From positions 50,797-114,796 of the forward strand of contig NW_005434574.1 of NCBI RefSeq assembly GCF_000315625.1: DNA of 64,000 nucleotides, in the 5' to 3' direction. A program made the position numbers and the translations under genes. Below, piece after piece: positions 58,801 to 64,000 of the stretch (its first letter is position 1; the number at the start of each line of letters is the position of its first letter). This DNA comes from Guillardia theta CCMP2712 (taxonomy: Eukaryota > Protista > Cryptophyta). The notes beneath the pieces are model-generated. The model was not told where the DNA came from and ran no database searches. It saw only the letters and a list, made by a program, of their open reading frames with translations.

Positions 58801-60935
58801 TTCAAGAAAGGCAACCAGAAGTCAAGCCTGTCGAACCTCAGCAGGAGCCGGAGCCGAAAGAGGAGGCCCAGCAGACGTCGAGCACCGAGCATTTCCTTGC
58901 CAGTGTCAAGCACGTCGCTCTGGTCCTGGAGGTCGGCATCGGCAAGATCACTTCGTCCCTGGGCGAGCAGTGCTATCAGGGGGCCACCTGCGAGCTACAG
59001 CTGGGCAAGCACTCCTTCCGAACGAAAGAAATCCAGGGGGCAGCGCTGGAGTGGAACTCTTCGACCCAGTTCCCGGTCGAGAGCCCAGAGACTGAAGTCC
59101 TGGAGGTTCGAGTAGACACTGGGAGGTCTGGGGTCGAGGTCGGGCGCTTGTCTGTTCCCGTAGCGCTGCTGGAGCAGATGGGGGGGAAGCTTGACACGGT
59201 CATCCCACTGCGAGACGAGAAGGCGACTGACCGGCAGAACATCGTGGAGATCTTCATGAGATGCTCTCAGATCGACAAGGACGTGGAGATCCTTCATGGG
59301 TGGCTGATGGACAGGAGCCGCACGAAGCTGAGGTACTACGTGCTGGACCCCTTCTCTCAGGTGTTGTGTGTCTACGAAGATTACGACTGTGCTCAAAAGG
59401 GTCAGCTCAGTGATCGGACGAGCATCCGAGAATGTTCGGTGAGGCTGGTTGAGAACAGTGACAGCGTCGACAAGGCTAAGACCATCTACTTCGATGTCAG
59501 CACCTCCTCCGCCACCCTACAGCTCGCAGCTGAGGAGGAGGCATGGAAACAGTGGTTCGACGGGATATACCGCGGCGGCCGCACAAACATCAAGTTTCCT
59601 GAGAGGAGCAAGGAGGTTGAGACTGCGCAAGAGGAGAAGGGGCCCGAGGAAGTCAAACAGATTGACATTCCAGTCCCCGACGGGCTGATAGAGGTCTACC
59701 TTACCAAGGCCCGCAATATGCCTCTGGTGGAGGACGAGGAGCCCTGCTGTACCGCTGTCATCCAGCTGCTTGACCAGACTTTCATCACCTCCATTACTCG
59801 ACCGTCGAGCCAGCCCACCTGGAACGAGAGCTTCTGCCTGGTGACGCCTCCTCCCGGCAAACAGCTGATCACTGTCGTGTTCTTCGGTAAGAAGGCTCAG
59901 CATGCCGGTAAGACCTCAAGAGTGTACATCGGACATATCGCCGTACCCATCGAGAGAGTGGCCGAGTCTGGGAAGGAGGAGGGGTGGTACGAGATCCGCG
60001 ACTCGACCGGGAAGCCGGTGCAGAGCGAGAGCGGGCAGACTGCCGTGCTCGCCAGGTTCTGCTACCGAGGGACAGAGCCGAAGACGCACGTCAGCGGGTG
60101 GTTCCAGGTTAAGGTGGACAACGAGGACGAAGTGAAGAAGAACTTCTTGCTGCTGAACCCTTACACCGAGTGCATCTACTTCTATCCTGACGAGGAAACA
60201 GCCATCGCCAAGGCTGGCAAGGCCTTCGGAACCAGCATCAACATCCGAGGCTCCTCCGTAGTCATGCCGGAGCGGCAAGGCCAGCAGGACCAACCGCAAG
60301 GAACCGTCGACATGCACGCGTTGGAGCTGAGAACTGGGAGAGAGACGCTGCTGTTACTCTCAAGCTCGCAGGAGCAGCAGCAGGTCTGGTACCAGGCGCT
60401 GTCGCAGATCGTCAACGAGCGCTATGAGAACCAGGGAGTCACCTCCCCTAAGGCTGGCGAGTGCACTCACCACGTACAGGTGGTGATCGAGCGGGGCAGG
60501 AACCTGGAGGGGCTGGTTGACCTGCCGTCCTTCGAAGGATACTTCTGCACGCTCCAGGTCAGGAAGATCAAGAAAACGACGGGGATAAGGAGCAACGCCG
60601 ATGCTCCCGAGTGGTCTGCTGTGTTCAACATGCCGTGCTCCGAGCATGTCAACGACCTCGCCACCGTCGTCCTGTACGCCAGAGACAGTCAGCAAGGCAA
60701 CCTGGTCATCGGACACATCGCTGTGCCAGTCCTCCGCGTCCGCCAGGCCATGAGGGAGGAAGGATGGTATGAGATGAGGACGCAGAAAGGAGAGGTCGTG
60801 TCTAGCCCCACGGGCAAGAGCTCGATCTTAGTTCGCTTCTTCTGGATCGATCATGCCAAGGACTGGTCGGAGCAGTCGAGAAGCGAAGGCAAGGAGCCTT
60901 CTGGCATACAGAAGGAGAACCAAGTCTTCATGTAG
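55900..60935 (+). CDS. PDZ, coiled coil, C2, C2, PH, C2, PH, C2 multidomain protein; multi-exon at the 5' end, may extend further 3'
   Basis: PDZ: GGVGLVF..VVEGGPAQNCGLIQVGDRLVRIDGVEI..GPHGSRVGLTFER. Repeated C2: (R/K)A(K/R)N(L/M)P..WNE(T/S)F..IGHIAVP..EEGWYE(I/L/M)R. PH: LHGWLMD..LRYYVLDP..WKQWFDGI and VSGWFQV..FLLLNP..QVWYQAL. Confidence 0.8.
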
Positions 60936-61244
60936 CGATTGAGAGTAATAAATGATGAAGTGCAAGAGCAGATTTACTTCTGCTCTCCTCTCTCCGCTCC
61001 TCCTCCTCCTCCTCCTCCTCCTCCTCCTCCTCCTCCTCCAACTATCCCCCTCACCAACTCCCTTTCGCTTCTCTCCGCCTTACATGTCTGTCGTCCTAGC
61101 GTCTTGCCGTGTCTCCTTCCAGCTTCCTCTTCCTCCCTTGCCGCCCCCACTCCCTCGATGATCGACCACTCGTATCGCCCATTCACTATGTTTCCGAAGG
61201 AAATGAAGGGACGCAACAGGAGGGGATTACGGGGGCGGTGAGGG

Positions 61245-61263
61245 AGAGGAGAGGGAGAGGGAG

Positions 61264-61303
<40 letters not shown>

Positions 61304-61378
61304 GACAGGGAGAAGGGAGAGGGAGAGGGAGAGGGAGAGGGAGAGGGAGAGGGACAGGGAGAGGGAGAGGAGTCGGAG

Positions 61379-61438
<60 letters not shown>

Positions 61439-61440
61439 CT
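61245..61440. repeat. (GGGACA)n and (GGGAGA)n hexanucleotide repeats
   Basis: Directly visible. Confidence 0.9.
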
Positions 61441-61553
61441 GTCCAGCTCTCACAATCAGCTTAGGGGGAGGGGTGGAAGGTGGGAGAAGGGGGGGGGCAA
61501 CGAGGATCAGCGTGCTGATAGCTCTTGGCAGATGAGATGACAACGCTGAGAAC

Positions 61554-64000
61554 ATGCGAGCACGAGCTCAACTCCTCCTCGCGCTCCTCGCATGTTCAGC
61601 CTCCGTTCGAGCCGTCTCTCATTGTGAAGAGGAGACGAGCGCTGGCCTACAGGTCTTCAGACCGTCAAGGAATGAGTATGTAAGGACGGGAGAGGTCGAC
61701 ATCGAGTTCCGAGTCAGCAGGCAGACGTCGAGCAGGTCTCGTTTCTACATCTTCCTCAATGACACTGAGGTAGCGAGTGGGATGAGAGGAGGGGAGGGAG
61801 AGATCATTTCTCGCTCCATCCTCCTCCTCGAGCCCGGCAGGACTTCGCTGACTGTCATACACTCCTGCGACGACGGCGCGGGGGAGGGCCTGGACAAGGA
61901 GAAATACATAGGAGCCGCCTTGTCCTCCTTCACCGCTGTCGACCCCTCCACAGCTGACAGTCACTTGCTCCAACCCGATCAGCTCAAGTCGCATGACAGG
62001 ATTCAGGTCCAGCTGCCCGAGCGCGGCTGGTCGGTCGTCGTAGAGTCCTCGCTCGAGAGAGATCCTGCCAAGTACTCCTCCTCCGACGACAGTATCGACA
62101 TCGACTGCATGGTCATTCAGTCTTCTCTCACCGACGTCCCTTCCTCTCCTCCCGTCCTCCCCCCTGGCACTGAGGTCGAAGGAAGAGCTACCTTCAGCGG
62201 GCAGCCAGCAGGAGCGGTAACTTGGCCTCCTCTCGGTTATGACCATAGCCTGAAGCGCTCGACGTCGATATCGAACATGCACTTTCAGCTAGCGGTCAAG
62301 GACATTCAACGGCCGGGCATCTACAACTTCACTGTGCTGGTGAGTGCGAGGAGCCTTTTGACAAGACAAGTTATGCTGATGACGTGGCAGATCGATCTGC
62401 GAGACTACGGTATGGTGGAAACACAACTGCAATTTGAGTTTGAAGGGACGTTGTCTGATCCCCTGGAGAAGAACTATCCCGTCGCTCGGTCGTCAGGTTG
62501 AACTTGCTGCAGGAAGTCTTGTGCTAACAGGACACCCCTACAGATAGCGTCTTAGTCCGCTGCCTGGTACTCAGACCTGAACTTCTCTCCTGAGTGAATG
62601 ATCACCATGAACAGGAAGACATGTGGACTTCACATTCTTGCTGGTCGTTCGTCAGGTCAAGACTGTTCAGCACCCCGTTCGTCTTGACGCAGGTGGTGAA
62701 GGAAACGAGTCTTGTGACATGTTCGATGTGATTTGTTCTGATCTTCCTCTTCCCTTCGTGGTTCCAATGTTGCTGTCCCTATTATTCCATCCCCTCTCCT
62801 GGCTTTCTCCTCCCCTCCATTATTCCATTCCTCTCCTCTCCTCTCATCTCATCTCACCTCCTCCCCTCTCATCTCATCTCATCTCATCTCCTCTCTTCTC
62901 CTCCCTTCTCCTCTCCTCTCCCCTCGCCTCCTCTCCGCTCCACTGATCTCCTCACCTCACCTCACCTCACCTCACCTCACCTCACCTCTCCACTCAACTC
63001 CTCTCCTCTCCTCTCCTCTCCTCTCCTCTCCACTCCACTCCTCTCCTCTCGTGTATGTTCATTTCGTCTCCCTCTCTTCCCTGCTCTTATGAACTGCTTC
63101 TCTTTCCTGCCACCTTACGTCCCTCCTTTCTCTCTTCCTTGGTTTCCCTTCCTCTGTTCTTTTCTTGACACTCGTTCTCAGCTGGAGCTGATAATTCTTT
63201 CTCTCGTGTCAAATCACTTCTTCGAAAGGTGAGGAACAAGTTAAGATTCTCCATCTCATATACTCTCCAGAGAAAACAACGCTGAATTCCGGAGGATTTT
63301 TCCTGCTCAGTATGTTCCTTCCAGATACCAGGTCTCAGCCTCCTCTACCGCCACCACCACCTCCTCCTCCACTCGCTCGTTGTCTTGTATCTCCTCCCTG
63401 CTTCTCATTCCTTTCATGGATTCTCTTCCTGCCTGTCCCATCTTTGCTTTCTCCCTCTTCCTGCCCTTCTCCCTTCCCTTTCCCTCGATTTTCTCTCCTT
63501 CCTTCCTGCTCCCAACTTTTCTCTCCTCCCTCTCCCCCTCTTCTCTCAATTCTCCCCCCTCATCTCAATCTCTACAGTCTTGTGCGGTAGTCGGCAACGC
63601 CGGACACATCTTCGGTAGCGCTCTCATGATGACGTGGCAAGGCTGACTTGCTTGTAGGCTCAAAGTTGGGCGCAGAGATCGACTCGCATGAAGCTGTAAT
63701 GCGATTCAATGAGGTTGTACTTGCTCCATGGGAGGTTCAAACGTGATCATGTGCTGCACAATGAAGATTCTTTCTTGGTTGTTTCATTGAATGATATCAA
63801 CCAGAGGAGCAAGTGATTGTGTTGGCAGTGCATTCTTGTTTGTAAACATTGTGGATCTGCTTTTGTTGGGTTTTCTAGCTCTAATCCTTACTATCAGGCT
63901 CCAACTGAGAGTTTTGAGGAAGATGTAGGCGGCAAGACTACGTAAATCATCATCATCATAATCATAATCATAATCATAATCATCATCATCGTCGTCATGA
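61554..64000 (+). CDS. Secretory-pathway protein with N-terminal beta-rich region and GT29 (sialyltransferase-like) domain; runs off the window
   Basis: Signal MRARAQLLLALLACSASVRA. Exons 63578-63613, 63658-63713 and 63898-63941 splice to [46 protein letters not shown] (sialylmotif L). Linkage of the 5' ORF to these exons is inferred. Confidence 0.75.

Noticed and set aside
1-64000. rRNA, tRNA or autonomous transposon/viral hallmark genes
   Set aside because: None recognised by eye; a tRNAscan/Infernal/HMM search would be needed to exclude small RNAs.

Overview
Gene-dense eukaryotic nuclear DNA, most consistent with a cryptophyte alga (Guillardia/Hanusia-like). This is an inference from ~45-55 nt GT-AG introns, a bipartite signal + Phe-starting plastid transit peptide, a short microbial rhodopsin and a PH-domain single-repeat cation channel. 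It contains roughly 16 genes, many microsatellite-filled introns, two 100-N scaffold gaps and a recurring intergenic architecture (GC-rich GTGAC/GAGTC core with GGGGT/ACCCC-rich flanks). Recognisable genes include coilin, a DTL-motif rhodopsin, a PH-channel-EF-hand protein, an FTR-variable-chain-like plastid protein, an LRR/beta-gamma-crystallin/LamG secreted protein, a ZU5-like type I membrane protein, a PDZ-C2-PH protein and a GT29 sialyltransferase-like protein. The standout is a 14-kb intronless locus (21249-35342) that reads as one giant (~4,700 aa) Cys-rich, lectin- and Gly-rich-module surface protein whose central ~9.15 kb is inverted. Re-inverting it restores the reading frame at both junctions and rebuilds a perfect repeat unit at the 3' junction. 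The left breakpoint and both internal frameshifts each sit on a 4-5 bp palindrome with a one-base centre, resembling hairpin-opening or snap-back repair scars. No recombinase or long inverted repeat is visible in the window, and an assembly artefact cannot be excluded without reads. Exon boundaries were traced by eye and are approximate.
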